Source: Octopus vulgaris
Lineage: Eukaryota
DNA: 64,000 nucleotides
NCBI GenBank assembly: GCA_951406725.2
Contig: OX597820.1
Coordinates: 39,246,001-39,310,000 of the forward strand
Direction of reading: 5' to 3'
Shown here: one piece after another, positions 37,301-51,215 of the stretch
Layout of the letters: the number at the start of each line of letters is the position of its first letter
Position numbering within the stretch: position 1 is the stretch's first letter
The notes under the pieces: generated by a model
The model's input: the letters and a program-made list of their open reading frames with translations, nothing else
What the model was told of the DNA's origin: nothing
The model's database searches: none
Translations under genes and position numbers: made by a program

Positions 37301-38731
37301 TAACAAATGACCAGCGGAAAGAAATTTAAATAGAAAAAAACTGAATCTTTTTGATTTTCCAGAACAATTTTCATTTATGTATATTTTCTCACAAAATATA
37401 TTGCCTGTATGTTCTGTTTGCTTGTTTCACTAGAGATGATTGTAAAAGGTAAACCAGTAACCGCATTTTTTCAGCGGTTATCTGATTATTTCTTAGGAAT
37501 GAACGTTTTAATACCAAAATGTTAAGCGTGATTACTCCAAACATAGACTAAATGAGTTGTTTTGAGAGGCCAAAACATCACTGATCTTATCATAAATCGA
37601 TTTTAATTTAGGAACCAAGGCAAATGAACAACAAAATTAGGAAGAACGCCACCATCATAATGTAAGATTTGATTGTATGGCAGAGCTAACATTGTCATTC
37701 TAGGACATGTATTTAAAACATATTGCAGAATAATCTATATTATTAAAATTAACTGTTGCCCTAAAAAATTACTCAGAATTTCTGGACAACTACCTATCTT
37801 CTGATCATAATTAAATATGAAGTCATTTTTAACAATTTAAAAGAAAAAGTCAACACCAAATACTGCGTTATTAGTACTTGGTGCATAAATGCACAAAACA
37901 TTGATAGTAGATAGTATCGGACGGTAATCAATTGTCATGGGGGCCAGAATTCCCAAATGTGATTTCATTCTACTGGAAATCATCAGTGGAGGGGGTCTGG
38001 CTCCTGCATGCCAGTAAAATATCGCAGTTATGGCATATAAAATATCAGCATCTTTTCAGATACTGATGTGTGTGTGTGTCTGTGTCTGTGTGTGTGTGGT
38101 TATAGATATAGACGTGTATACCTATATTCATATATGAATGTATCTATGTAAGCAATCCTTGGCTAAACTCCAGTGCATTAATACAGAGTTACAATGATGC
38201 GTACATTTGTGTCTGTCTCTATATAGCGAAATTATATCTTCGTTTTTACATATTTTAGTTGAGAGAAAAAGCAGCCCCAGGGTTTTATTACATGGCCCCC
38301 GAAACTATTAGGAAGGATGCAGGTAACTATCCTCAAGCTGGAATGCTTACAACAGAGTGACTACTGCAAAACAAAAAGAGAAAGTTCACGAAGATACTAG
38401 GAGGTAGTGTTAAACCAGTTGATGAGTTAATCCTACCATCCAATTAAACCATTCTAGGACATGAACTCAGAACGCAAAGAGCCGGAATAAATACCGTCTA
38501 CCCACCGCTTTAGATTGGTATATTTATATCAACCACGAATGGAGGAAAAGGGAAGTTGACCTCGGTTAGATTTGAACTCTCGGAGTACATAGATAAAATA
38601 CTGTAAAGCATTTTGTACAACGCTCTAACGACTTTGCCAGTGCACCACCTGTTAGGGCATTTTTAAACCGCTTCGAGTGATGAACTGTTACTTCTTTTAT
38701 ACACATATTCTATATGATAATCTATATGTCT

Positions 38732-39135
38732 TACGAGGTGGTATGAAAAAGTTCCACCTTGCTCAGGCAGTATACCGGCTGACAGCGTTGTATTTACTTC
38801 ACAAGATGTGAAATTAGTGATTTTGTGATCACCCGTATGTTGTAGACTGCGATTTTGTCATGGACAGGAACAAAGAGCCAACGTGAAATTTTGCGTTAAA
38901 CTTGGGAGGTCTTCTACAGAGACATTGAGTATGCTTCGGCAAGTTTACGGCGACGAGGCAGTAGATCGTACGTAATGTTTCAAGTGGCATGGGCGCTTCA
39001 AAAGCAGAAGAACGTCCCTGCAAGACGATGAACTATCTGGAAGACCTACCACGAGTGTCACTCAAGAAAATGTGATATTGTGCATCGAGAATTCAACTCC
39101 CAGGGTCAGACCATCAATCGACGTTTTGAAGCATT
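38732..39135 (+). mobile_element. Internally deleted mariner remnant (N-terminal HTH)
   Basis: TA-CGAGGTGGTATGAAAAAGTTCC terminus. Translation EQRANVKFCVKLGRSSTETLSMLRQVYGDEAVDRT*CFKWHGRFKSRRTSLQDDELSGRPTTSVTQENV. Confidence 0.85.
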
Positions 39136-40840
39136 TAAATTTTTTTTTTTTTACTTGTTTCAGTCATTTGACTGTGGGCATGCTAAAGCACCACCTTTTT
39201 TAGTTGCGCATAAATAGAAAACAAGGTGGGAGAAAATAGTACTCGAATACCGAAGGTAGTGTAATATGCTCTCATTAAAGTTGCAGAAATTTTCACAAAT
39301 TGTTGCTCAGACTTTTACGTTAGTAGAAAACACTTGCTCAAGGTGCCGTGCAGTGGAACTGAACCTAAAACAACCTAATTGCAAAGCGAGCTTCTTACCT
39401 CCTCACAGTTAAACGCTGTATACATATCATTATAGTAAAGTGAGAATTATTGTCATCTAATATGAACTAGAAGCTTGTCTTCTAAACAGCTGAATTGTAT
39501 GCGATTAAATCCTGTCGCTACAGTTGGTTCTCTCTTCTGCTCGTCAGGTTAAATAACGTATACGCATCGATTGTAAGTGGTGACACTAACGTGATGGGTC
39601 ACACAATCCTATCATTTCTTCAACATATCCGTTCACATAATATGACATATTAATTAAACAACATATTGACTTTTCCTCAACAATGCCCAGTCGATTGACT
39701 AATCTTTTGTTTTCTGTGTTTTTTTCTTTCTTTCTTTCGCTATGGTTTACTGTCTATCATTTCAAATTTCTATTACGCAATGCGCATGCGGCTGTGTGTT
39801 GATACTTTGCTTGTGTTATCATCATCATCATCATCATCATCCTCATCATCGTTCTCATTATGCACATTGCATCATTGTCGTCGTCATTCCCTTTATTATT
39901 ATCATCATCAGTATTTGTAAGCGCCATTGCAGTCATCACGAAGATGCTTTAGTATTCTGTGATGTCTTCATTTACTTCAGTTAATACACCAGTTGCTTTA
40001 GTAATGACTTTGTCCAAGTTTGGAAAGTTTCAAAATGCTTTTTATATAAATTCTTCGTAATCATAAACCCAATGTTGTATGCAGTGTTTCATTCTTTTCA
40101 TCTAGTACACCATTGCTTACTAATTTCCCTTGGGCTTCTTAGTTGACTAATATGTCTCAATATATCTGAGAGTGATAATGACCATTGGATCAGCTTTAAA
40201 TCCGGTTTCAAAGGGAAATCTTCATCTCAATTCAGTGATCAAAGAGCTAAAAGTAATCCCATTCAATAGAAGTCACCTCATCGCAGTATGAAAGAAAATT
40301 ATTACGTCCATAAAACCCATCCTCTCATAATACCTGAACAAAACATGATGTATTACTCGGGTAGGAATGAAATTAAGGAAGAAAATAAGACTCAGTAACT
40401 TTCTGAGAAACCATTTCCAGATTTTCTGGAAGGTTTCACTTCGGTAATACATATTTATGAAGAACACAAGGTGTTGCCAATTTTGCGTTACAAGATTTAT
40501 TTTTGGAATTTACTCCAATCGGAGTCCATAGGTCACTTTAAGGCGGAGATTTAGTGGAATTAGTGGAATGGTATTAAAACCACAAAACACTGTATCTACT
40601 TATTTAAGGTAACAATTGGAAGATAGCAATACAATAATTGACAAAAATTTTACATGAAATGCAATAGTTTTAAATGAAATGAGAAGGTAATAAAAGAATA
40701 GACGAAAAGACCAATAGCAATAAAATACGGTAAATGAGATAACACTAAAGAGCTAAGAGCTAATAAACTGTGTTTGCGTCCCCGGCTACGTTACAGGGAC
40801 ATAAACATAGACACAAGCAAACACACACACGTGTATGTGT

Positions 40841-40961
<121 letters not shown>

Positions 40962-41013
40962 CGTGTGTGTATGTGTGTGTATATATATATGGATATATAT
41001 ATATATGTATATA

Positions 41014-41099
<86 letters not shown>

Positions 41100-41108
<9 letters not shown>

Positions 41109-41296
41109 ATTTCAGAATGGTCATTTTGCCAGTTTAGCCAATAAAAACGCACGCACTATATATTTGGTGTTACTTTGCTTCAGTGTTATTTATTTTTTAC
41201 ATTAAACTTAATCTTATTTCGGCCAGTGGTTATTATATAGTGCGTGTGTTTTTATTGGCTTAACTGGCAAAACGACCATTCTGAAATACAACAATA
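41100..41296. repeat. ~63-bp inverted repeat embedded in (TA)n
   Basis: 41100-41162 and 41234-41296 are imperfect reverse complements. Confidence 0.8.
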
Positions 41297-41359
41297 TCTG
41301 TTTCAACACACGATTTCACATAAAAAATCTTACACAACAAATATATGAAGGTATATATA

Positions 41360-41416
<57 letters not shown>

Positions 41417-41701
41417 ACACACACTCACGCACATTATATATACACGACGTGTTTCAGTTTGCGTCTGCCGAATTCACTCACAACGCTTTGGTCGGCCCGA
41501 GGCTCTATAGTAAAAGACATTTACGCAGTGGAGTTGAACCCGGAACCATGTAGTTCGGAAGCAAACTTCTTACCACACAGCCGCGTAATCAATAACTTCT
41601 TGAAAAATAACTTGAGACATTTCACAAATATTTCAGATAATTCAATCAACAGAAAGTGGAATGTCGTGACTGTTATGTTTTAGTTCGTTCCCATATCATA
41701 C

Positions 41702-41921
41702 ACGAAGTGGTGCCGAAAAGTATCTGGCCTTTAGGGTATCGCAAAAGGCCTGGTTATAAGCCCAACCTTCCGTCTTCTTTTTCAAGGCTTAGAAAAACTG
41801 AAAGATCGCTGTAATATGTGTGCAGATCTGAGACAGGAATATCTTGAATCAAATCATAACTAACTGATCCTTCTGAATTTACTTTTACACAGAGCCAGGA
41901 ACTTTTCAGAACCCTCCCGGT
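41702..41921. mobile_element. Non-autonomous mariner-like MITE
   Basis: The left end cgaagtggtgccgaaaagtatctggc matches the reverse complement of the right end (cgggagggttctgaaaagttcctggc) and resembles the terminus at 38732. Confidence 0.6.
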
Positions 41922-42214
41922 GCAAAGTAAAACCAGCTTGTCGGAATTGTCGTAGGGTTTCTTTGTATTTGCTATAACTGTGGAATGTGACAGAAAACTG
42001 CGAGCATTAGTTTTCTTGTTAGAAATTAGATTTGAAGCCATGTTTGTGTAGTTCTCAGCGTAGCTCTCTTAATTTCACAAGTAGGGTGGCTTAACTTGTA
42101 GGTATTACGTTAGTGTTAAAGAACTCAATGCATCATTTCCAAGAAGTTTTCATCAGAGTGGTTACTAAGGATTTAATTCATCTTCAAAAATTTAATCTTA
42201 ACCATATTGTACTA

Positions 42215-42590
42215 GCGCAGGCGTACTTGTGTGGTCCCACGTTCAGTCCCACAGCATGGAACCTAGGGCCGACCAAAGCTTTGTAAGTGGATATGTTAGG
42301 CGGAAACTGAAAGAAGCCCGTCGTACATATATATATATATATGTATGTATGTGTGTGTGTGTGTGTTTGTGTTTGTGTTTATATGTGTCTGTGTCTGTCC
42401 CACCACTTGACAACCGGTGTTGGTGTTTTTATGTCCCTGTAACCTAGCGTTTCAGCAAAAGTGACCGATAGAATAAGTACTAGGCTTAACAAAAAACTAA
42501 GTACTGGGGTCTATTCATTGGTCTAAATCAAATTGTTCAAGGCAGTGCCCCAGCATGGTCACAGTCTAATGATTGAAACAAGTAAAAAGG
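42215..42590 (+). mobile_element. tRNA-derived SINE (family 1), internally deleted
   Basis: Homologous to 2405-2838. Confidence 0.85.
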
Positions 42591-43799
42591 AAAAAAATTA
42601 AAAAAAGATGTATGAATCCATGTATGCATAATTTTTAGACATAACAAAATTGATTTATAATAAAATCGCTAATTAGTTTATTTATATTATTGAAATTAAA
42701 GAAGTATTAATATCTTATCTGGTGTTATACTTTAATGATTTTACCTTGGAAAATAATCAAATAAGATTAATAATTTATGAATAAAAATTGAACATAGATG
42801 AAAGAAGGTTGAGTAAATCAAGACAAAAGAACAGAAGAACTAAGCGAGAAAATGAAGTGAAACTGAAGTTGTGTTTTTCTTTGTTCTTCTTTCTTTTTCT
42901 GTCTTTTTTTTGTTTGTTTTTTTGAATAATTTGTATAGACTGTGCAAGTCTGTATGTTGTATTACGTGCTGTCTGTCTTACATCACAACGATAACAGAAT
43001 TATTGATTTTGTCTGAAGTTACTAAAAAATATCGTCATAAACATGATGAATCACATAACAAGTATCATCATCATCATTACCATCATCATCATCATCATCA
43101 TGATTATTATAAAAATAGCTACACTGACTTGAAATGAAAATGAAGTGTGAATAAAAGAGCACATCGTCATTATAGTGTTGCAAGCGAAGTGTGCAGATGA
43201 CGAGGAAATAGTTTATGGAGAGAATCATTCTGAATTATAATGAAGTCACAGATATGTTATCTTGCGGCTAATACAAAAAAAGTGAGATTTTTTTTTACTC
43301 CTTCTCCTTTAAGAGATGAACAATAATGAAAAAATATTGCTTAAATAATAACATACTGTACTACAAAATATATCTATAATACATCTATAGATTTTAGTCA
43401 ACATTGTATGAAATATTGTAAACACTTCTTAAGGTATGTAAGAGACCGATGTAAAACATATGTAGAGGTCTTTTTCATCTGTCTATTGCATACAGTCTTG
43501 GCTAAAATCTATGCATATACTTATCCTGTAAGGCGAAGTAGAAAATCAGCACATTCGATTTACTTAAATCGTAAATAATAATGGATTCATAAGCGGCGTC
43601 TTAGCAGACATTCTATGGGAGAATCACTCGTTAATGAAATCCCTACATAAGATTGAAACTAGTCTCGTTAATTCATGTCTGTGGTGTTGACATCTGCTAT
43701 TAGATAGTGTTGATTAATATATATTGATGTGTGCTATAACTCACTATAACTTTGAAACAAAATATAGTTAACCCTACACCAATGTATTGAATAATTTGT

Positions 43800-44447
43800 T
43801 TTCTAGTATAGGCACAAGGCTCGAAATTTGGGATGGGGGACCAGTCGATAATGTCAACCCCGATTCTTAACTTGTACTTATTTCATCGACCTTGAAAGAA
43901 TGAAAGGAAAAGCCGACTTCGACGAAATTTGAAACTGGAATGCAAAGAGCTGGCGGAAATACAACTAAGTTTTTGTACGACACGATAACGATTCTGCCAG
44001 CTCGCTACCTTACGAAATGATCCTTTCTACAGTAGGCACAAGGCCTGAATTCTTTTAGGGGAGGGATCTTGTCGATTACATCGACCCCAACGTTAAAATG
44101 GTAATTATTTCACCCACTCCGAAAGAATTAAAGGCAAAGTCGACCTCAGTGGAGTTTGAAATTAGAACGTGGAGACAGACGAAATGCCGCTAAGCATATT
44201 GTCCGGCGCTCACCGCTTTTAACTTGTTAAATAACCCTTTCTACTATAGGTACAAGACCTGAAATTTACAGGGATGGAGCTAGTTGACTATGTCGACCCC
44301 AGTGCGCAACGGATGCTTATTTTATCGGCCCCGAAAGAATGAAAAGCATTGTCGACCTCGGTGGAATTTGAGCTCAACATAAAGACGGATGAAATGCCGC
44401 TAAGCATTATGCCCTGCGTGTTAACGATTCTGCCAACTCACCGCCTA
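43800..44447 (-). mobile_element. Three head-to-tail copies of a tRNA-related SINE (family 3, Nin/Deu-like core)
   Basis: Units at ~43800-44012, 44020-44218 and 44235-44447 share GAGTTCAAATTCC-like, GTCGACTTTGCCTTTCATTCTTTCGGGGTCGATAAAATAAG-like and CCTATAGTAGAAAGG-like segments. Other copies lie at ~34745-34950, 38455-38650, 48846-48915, 52050-52255 and 55503-55725. Confidence 0.85.
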
Positions 44448-45817
44448 ACCTATTAAATGATAAAAGTTATAGGATGTATTACAAGCTTCTCCGCTTCGTT
44501 ATTCCCCTCGCTACCATTACCATCACATAATACCTCTTTGTAACCTCACATCAAAAGGAAGTGATTTTTTTTTAAAGCAAACTTCGTAGATTATGTAAAG
44601 ACTATTACTAATTACTAAAAATAATTTGGGATGGAAACGAAATTAGAATAAGTACAACGTATTAAATTAAAATTTGATAATAAACATTGAAAAAGAAGTA
44701 CGAAAATATATAAAATCTTAACTACAAATTCTCTTTCAAGGACAAATATTTATTGAATCAAATATACGAACTATATTATTTGTTTAAGATTTATAAATGT
44801 TGAATGATTATATATTATGTTATTAATAAACATTACCGAAAGTATTTCTGTTCTTTCTTTTTTTGTTTGTGGTTCAAGCATTATAAAATGTGTATTTTAT
44901 TTTTGTAAATAAGGTAGATTGTAATCTTTTCGTTGGGCTTTATCCTTTCTTCATATACTTTAAAGCATTCCCTATTTCACAGAACAATATAGTAGCACTT
45001 CTTCAGACATTTGTGACAGTGGCGAATCGCGAGTCCATAATGGTTTACAAAGATTGCTGTAAAAGATTTCACTCCTCTACCTCTCTTTGTCTGTCACTAA
45101 TTTATATAATAAAAAAAAAACTCTTTCCTATATCGTTTTGTGCTTTTCTTCTCTTTTTCTGCAGACAGCAATTTTTTCAGTCTGTAGTTTTCGAAAATTC
45201 TTGTCTTATCTCCTCGCTGAGAATGGGATACTCTACATAAGCAAAATAAATTCGAATTATGAAGTACAAACAGCTCAATAATATTAAAACAAAACATTAT
45301 CAATAGAGTGTACATAACGTTGAGTGTTGTTTAAACGCAAGACATTATTCTGCTTATGCGGCACCATTGCAAGTCAGCTAATAGTATATATATACTATCT
45401 ATATATACTTCAGACTAGTGGATACGATTTTGCTTCGGAAGAAACCCCAGTATGTAACACTGATAAGCTTCACATAAACGGAATACACATATATCGTTCT
45501 AGTGAGCTCTTCTAAGTCTATTTCACTTTGCCTACCTCAGCTCTGGGGTTTCTTGAGTTTTTTTTAACGCTGTACGTCTTTAAAGGAATATTTTTTTCAA
45601 ACAAAACAACTGCAGTTTCTGGCGTTTAAACTACGCCCGTACGTTAATTTTGTTGTATTGATGTTTTTATGATAGAGACACTTCTGTTACATAATTCGGA
45701 TAAACATGTATTAATGCATGTATGTATGTATGTATATATACATACATACATACATACACGCACATACATATGTATATATATATATATCAACACGTGTGTT
45801 CCTTTTCAACCCTCTAC

Positions 45818-45900
<83 letters not shown>

Positions 45901-46106
45901 AGATAATGGTGTCATTGAGACCCAAAGGTGTCAGGTAATGCTGAATAAGTGCTATAGACAGACCATAGTTTAGTTCCAGATTCGGTAATATTGCGAATAA
46001 AGGATTCAACGCTGGTTCTATGTCAGCGTGTGTATATAAGAATTTTTTACATGATAAGATAAAAAAAACAAGGCTGTGTAGATATTAGAGCATTTATAGA
46101 CAGAAG

Positions 46107-46158
46107 GTCTTACAGCTGTTTCTAGGATATTTATTAATTTTATCCCTTCATCGGAGAC
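46107..46158 (-). ncRNA. Hammerhead ribozyme variant (left-arm copy)
   Basis: Minus strand GTCT-CCGATGA-AGGGATA...TATCCTA-GAAA-CAGCTG-TA-AGAC. Confidence 0.7.
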
Positions 46159-46321
46159 AGTGTGAGAGGATAGTTAAGTCATAGTTAGTTTAGTTGTGAT
46201 GCGAAATAGAGAGTGAGGTGGTGGAAAGAATACATATCTTGCATCTATTGTCTTTCCTCCACCTCACTCTCTATTTTATATCACATCTAAACCATCTATG
46301 ACCTAACTATCCTTTCACACC

Positions 46322-46373
46322 GTCTCCGATGAAGGGATATAATTAATAAATATCCTAGAAACAGCTGTAAGAC
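46322..46373 (+). ncRNA. Hammerhead ribozyme variant (right-arm copy)
   Basis: GTCT-CCGATGA-A-GGGATAT-loop-ATATCCT-A-GAAA-CAGCTG-TA-AGAC. Helix I is GTCT/AGAC and helix III is the palindrome ACAGCTGT. The core has C at position 4. Confidence 0.7.
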
Positions 46374-46488
46374 CTTCTATCTATAAATGCTCTAATATCT
46401 AATATATACATATATATTTACATATGTATGTGTGTAATATGTATGTATAGATGTATGTATTCATATATACATGTGTGTGTGTGTTTGT

Positions 46489-46548
<60 letters not shown>

Positions 46549-48729
46549 CTTAGCGATTAAGGTGTTGCACTCACGATCGTAATATTGTGGCTTCGATTCC
46601 TGAACAGGGCGATGCGCTGTGCCCTTGAGCAAAACACTTCATTTAACGTTGATCCACTCCACTCAGCTGGCAAAAGTGCAAAATAACTCATCCTGCTATG
46701 GACCGTTGTCTCGTCCAGGCATATGGGAAATATATGCGTCACAGAATACGGGAAACGAGCCTTATAAGCCTATGGTGCTGGAAGGACCGAATACACTCTC
46801 TTTTAGAGCGCCCTCATAGAACTATGTTACTCTGTCGAAAATTTTGTTGTTGATCGATGTGCATGGATTCTCCGACAGATGCTAAATTCTTAATGATTGG
46901 TAGGGGTACCTCATTTGGTTTTCTTTAAGAGCAGCGTTTTCTTGTTATTACCTTTAACATTGTTTCCATGGTCGATAAGAGAACATAACCTCAAAAACTA
47001 CAATACTGTATGTAGGACAGATGAAAGAAAATCTACATTAGTGCAAACAGCTGAACATTTATAATCAGACAGTCACTACATGCGCATTAATTCCGAGATC
47101 TAAATATCCTAGGCTAAGCCGATTTTGGATTTAATGAAAAATACGGTAAACATAAACGGACAACGGCAAAATATTAGACTATGCACCTGTATATAAATGG
47201 TTCCACAATGGGCACGCAATGTATCATAGAAACTGTAACATAGCTACACAAAAGACATTTACTTTTTCAAAACAGAAAAAAACAATTGATCATACGACAC
47301 TAGGTTATCAAATTAGTTCGATCTTTGTAAGCGCTCTGAACTACAAATAAGGCTGACAGTCAATGATACAGTTTCAGCTGTACTAGCAGTGGAAACACAA
47401 AACTGTCTATGCCAACAGTAACATCTTCATTTAAATAAATAGATTTAGATTTACAAGGAGCTTAAATAGGAGTTTAATATAAGTCAACAAGTGAATCCCA
47501 AAGTAATTGCTCTGGCCTTTCAGAACTAGAAACTGAATCCGCCTGAAACCAAACTGTTCCCTCTTGAAAAGAAAGGCTAAATGCATAATGTAGTCCTAGG
47601 TTCAATATGTCCGCAAAAAAACAAGTGGTCACGATTAAAACAAATTTGCTTATATTGCCTTGGTTAGAGTTGGCATTAAAGCTAAGCAAGAATTCATAAT
47701 TGCAGCATCCACCAACAAGTGGATTTTCACATAAGCTACGAAGTAGTACAACAAAAATAGGGGGTAGCAAAACTTCTCGAACAAACTCTGTAAAATTATT
47801 TTCTGTGGACTTTTATCAAGTTAACATAAAATCACATTAAAACAATAGGTAAACATTGCATTTTATTAAGCATAGAATGGTTTTGTGATACTTTCAGATG
47901 AATTGCATTTTACAGGATTTGTCTGGAAGTGGATAAATTTGTGACTCCAAGTAACACAAGGCAGATGACGGGCACCAAAGAGTAAACTGTTCGTAAAGCT
48001 ATCTTTCTTCAGTTACGCTTTTAATCGTTTTTAGAAAAGCATAAATATATCATACTACTGACTACTTCTATTACAGGTACAGTCCATTCAACAGGTTTCC
48101 TCAAAGTTTCTGTCTACTTATAGTTAATCATAAGGCTTAGATGACCTCCGAAAGCGACAGAATATCTTTGCGAAGTGCTGTAGAGAAATCGAACTCAAAA
48201 CATTATGATAGTAAAGCGAACGATTTAACCTGGGGGTCATGACTGCACCAATAATTAAAGTACAATTAAAATGATATACACTTTAATCTTTAAGATAATT
48301 TTCTTAATCCGCTAATCATTATCGTATTAGCTGCTCACCCATAAAATATGGCTTCAACGTATACTCTCAGGTTCGACTTTGCTTTTACTACGCAAAGAGC
48401 AGAATAAACGGATTTTTAAAAATTGTACAGATTGCTAAATGTATAAAGAGATTAACAGATTAAAGTGAAATCTGATGTTAATGACGACAACGACAACAAC
48501 GATAACGATGACGATGATGACGATGACGTTGGTGGTGGTGGTGGTGTTGGCAGTAGTGCTTGACGTCGTCATTGCAGTGCAAGCGCTGACTGTGATTTCC
48601 TACATTGGCACAATTCCATATATTGGCTGTGGGCGGGAATTGGTAATGCACTATATTGGAGAAAATAGTTCAGAGGTGATTTATATTCTTGCATTCTAGG
48701 AGGCAAAAGGCATACTTGACTCCTGTAGA

Positions 48730-48846
48730 GAAAGAAGAAGAAAAGAAGAAGAAGAAGAAGAAGAAGAAGAAGAAGAAGAAGAAGAAGAAGAAGAAGAAGA
48801 AGAAGAAGAAGAAGAAGAAGAAGAAGAAGAAGAAGAAGAAGAAGAA
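48730..48846. repeat. (GAA)n microsatellite at the tail of a family-3 SINE fragment
   Basis: Directly visible. It produces the poly-K/S/L pseudo-ORFs. Confidence 0.97.
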
Positions 48847-48914
48847 TCCTTTCTACAAGGAGGTAAGGTAAGTGTTTCATTGGTGCTTAATTTATCGACC
48901 CCAGAAGGATGAAA

Positions 48915-49360
48915 GTCTTCGCAGCCCATTTCTGGGTAAGACTGGCCGCCCTGTTTGCCACTTCGTCCCAGTTTTTATTGGGACGAAATCAGATCCCGAG
49001 CAGTTTAACTGGCCCGTCGGTCCAGCGTCCTACGACCGTCCGATGGCATCGACCTGCCTCTCTAGGAGCCCAACCGCAAACCCACAGATTTGCAGGCGTT
49101 TTATTTTTAGCCTTTGCAACCGACTCATATCCCTTTAGGATAGTACCAACCGTCTCCACTTCGGAGGCATCCGACACCATTACGATGGCATCGTCCGTGT
49201 ATGCACACACTGCCCTTCTGTATCCCACTTCGAAGGGGATGCCTCAACTGTTCCAACTTACGCAGCAGTGGCTCGAATGTCAATACCTACAGAAGAGGCG
49301 AGAACATGCAACCCTGACGGATGGAGCGTGCGATGCCAAACGGTTCCGAACCTAGTACGG
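48915..49360 (-). mobile_element. Diverged Tx1-like RT fragment
   Basis: AVCAYTDDAIVMVSD...GYESVAKAK...VVGRWTDGPVKLLGI, homologous to 5980-6330 of the long LINE. Confidence 0.85.
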
Positions 49361-50154
49361 GGTACAGCTTCAGAACCACTTTTTAGTTTACGGGGATCAT
49401 TCAAACTTCTAATGTTGTATAGCTCCCATCTTACTACATATCCTTACAGTTCACATCAGCGTTCACCACCAGTCCATAATGAACTGCAAAATATGATATA
49501 ACGAGCTATGATATTCCAGATATTTCTTTCTGTCATATACTGCGGGAGTAGCCTATGTACAGCCTGAACTTGCAAAGCAGGAACACCAATAGTTGATACA
49601 GGTAGTCCATTCTATCCCGCATACAAGGAAAATTATATAAATAACAAATATTTCAATAGAAACCCACTACAAAGTAACAAGGTTTCGCCTAGGAAAATAG
49701 AAAGAAGCAAATGAAAATTGATTAGAGTAACAAGGCAACATTAAGAAACTAAAACAATACTCATGCATGTATATATATATAAAGAAAAAGAGAGGAGGAT
49801 TTACGTATAAATATCTATATAGCTGTGTGTCTGTGTGCATGTATAAGCATAAGAAATCAATTAAGTACAAATTAGAAATTAACTACATCAAAGTAAGAGC
49901 TTCAGATAAGGACAATGAAACGGAAAAAACTTTCAAAAAAAGCAACTAAGTCAAAACAGAATTTGAATATATAATAAAGAAAATGTGGCGAGAAAAACTA
50001 CTCGAGTAAGATTGGACAGATAGAGTAAGATTGAACAGATAGATTGTAAGCCAGATTGAAAAAGTTAATGGTTTAAAAGCTCTGGGATGAAAGCGGAAAC
50101 GCTAGATCCTATATTAGTTTTCACAGAACAAATACCTGATCACAAATATAAAAT

Positions 50155-50560
50155 AATAGAAAGCAGGTGGAGAGGTTCAAGTATCTCGGGGCCGTTTTCA
50201 CAAAAGATGAAAGGCAGAAAGCTGAATTAAGAGCGAGAGTTGCAGAAGCTGATACAATAATGTACCAGATTCATCATTAGCTTATCAGACGTTGGTGTAA
50301 AAGCGAAAGTCGTTATCTTCAATTCTGTTCTCATGCCTACCCTTAACTAGGGCCATAAATCTTGGATTATGACAGAAAGAATACCATCGCGAATACAAGT
50401 GGTCGAGATGGAGAATAACGTCACTCGATAGACTGAGTAGCTCGGAGATCAGATAGGCGATCCAGATAGAGCCGCTTCTTCGCCGAATCGAGGGATCATA
50501 GATACGATACCACGGACTTGTGGTATGACTGTCTCGGGAAAGAATGGCTGGACATGAGCG
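50155..50560 (+). mobile_element. RTE-clade LINE RT C-terminal remnant
   Basis: KQVERFKYLGAVFTKDERQKAELRARVAEA...AKVVIFNSVLMPTLN*GHKSWIMTERIPSRIQVVEM. Confidence 0.78.
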
Positions 50561-50964
50561 AGCAAAATGGTTGGATAATTCCATGAGCACGATTGGGTTC
50601 GCTTGGGGATCAAGCCGAATTAATTAGGGACGATAGCTTCTGAAGAGACCCGATGGAAGACGTATTTGTAGACTCTGCTCCTACGACCCTCCCAAGAATA
50701 AAAAATATACTGCCGGTAGACAGGGTAGACAACGCAGTAATTAGACATGAAAAAAGGTCATTTATGAGTATATTCAAAGATATAAATTGTTGGTCGCTTT
50801 GTCCATTGAAAATATGCTGATATTTCAAACTGAAATTAATAAGAAGCGATAAGAATATGTGCAAGCCATTGAAAATAGCGAAGTAATGACCACATTCGTA
50901 TACCACAAGCATGTCCTGAGTACCAAATACATAAAGACAAGCATTCTGGCTATAGTTATGGGGG

Positions 50965-51215
50965 ACTGAAACATGTGAATTTTCATGATGTTTTCATTCG
51001 TTCAGGAGGTCGATGGACGCCCTGAGCGAGGTTGGTTTTCAGGCGACAAGAGAATATACCTAAAGCGTGAGAACCACTCGCAAACTTGTATGCTCATGGT
51101 AGTATATTTCTAAGGGGTTAGAAGCATGACAACTGTTTCAGCCGCCGTTTTCCTTAGCAGAAAGCAGAATTTCACGGAAGCACGCTGTTTTTTCGCTACA
51201 GCCAGGTCTGCAAAC
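50965..51215 (-). mobile_element. Mariner N-terminal remnant
   Basis: ADLAVAKKQRASVKFCFLLRKTAAETVVML, followed by EWFSRF and GRPSTS-like segments. Confidence 0.75.

Larger units (their letters stand above)
46079..46401. repeat. ~150-bp-arm palindrome of Penelope-type terminal repeats
   Basis: 46079-46229 and 46251-46401 are imperfect reverse complements with a ~20-bp spacer. Confidence 0.9.

Noticed and set aside
40274-40345. Possible minus-strand micro-exon (gttttgttcag ... gtgact)
   Set aside because: The splice-like signals are weak, the peptide is unrecognisable and there are no supporting neighbouring exons.
47474-47770. 98-aa minus-strand ORF in non-repetitive sequence
   Set aside because: It has a non-ATG start, no recognisable domain and a length compatible with chance.
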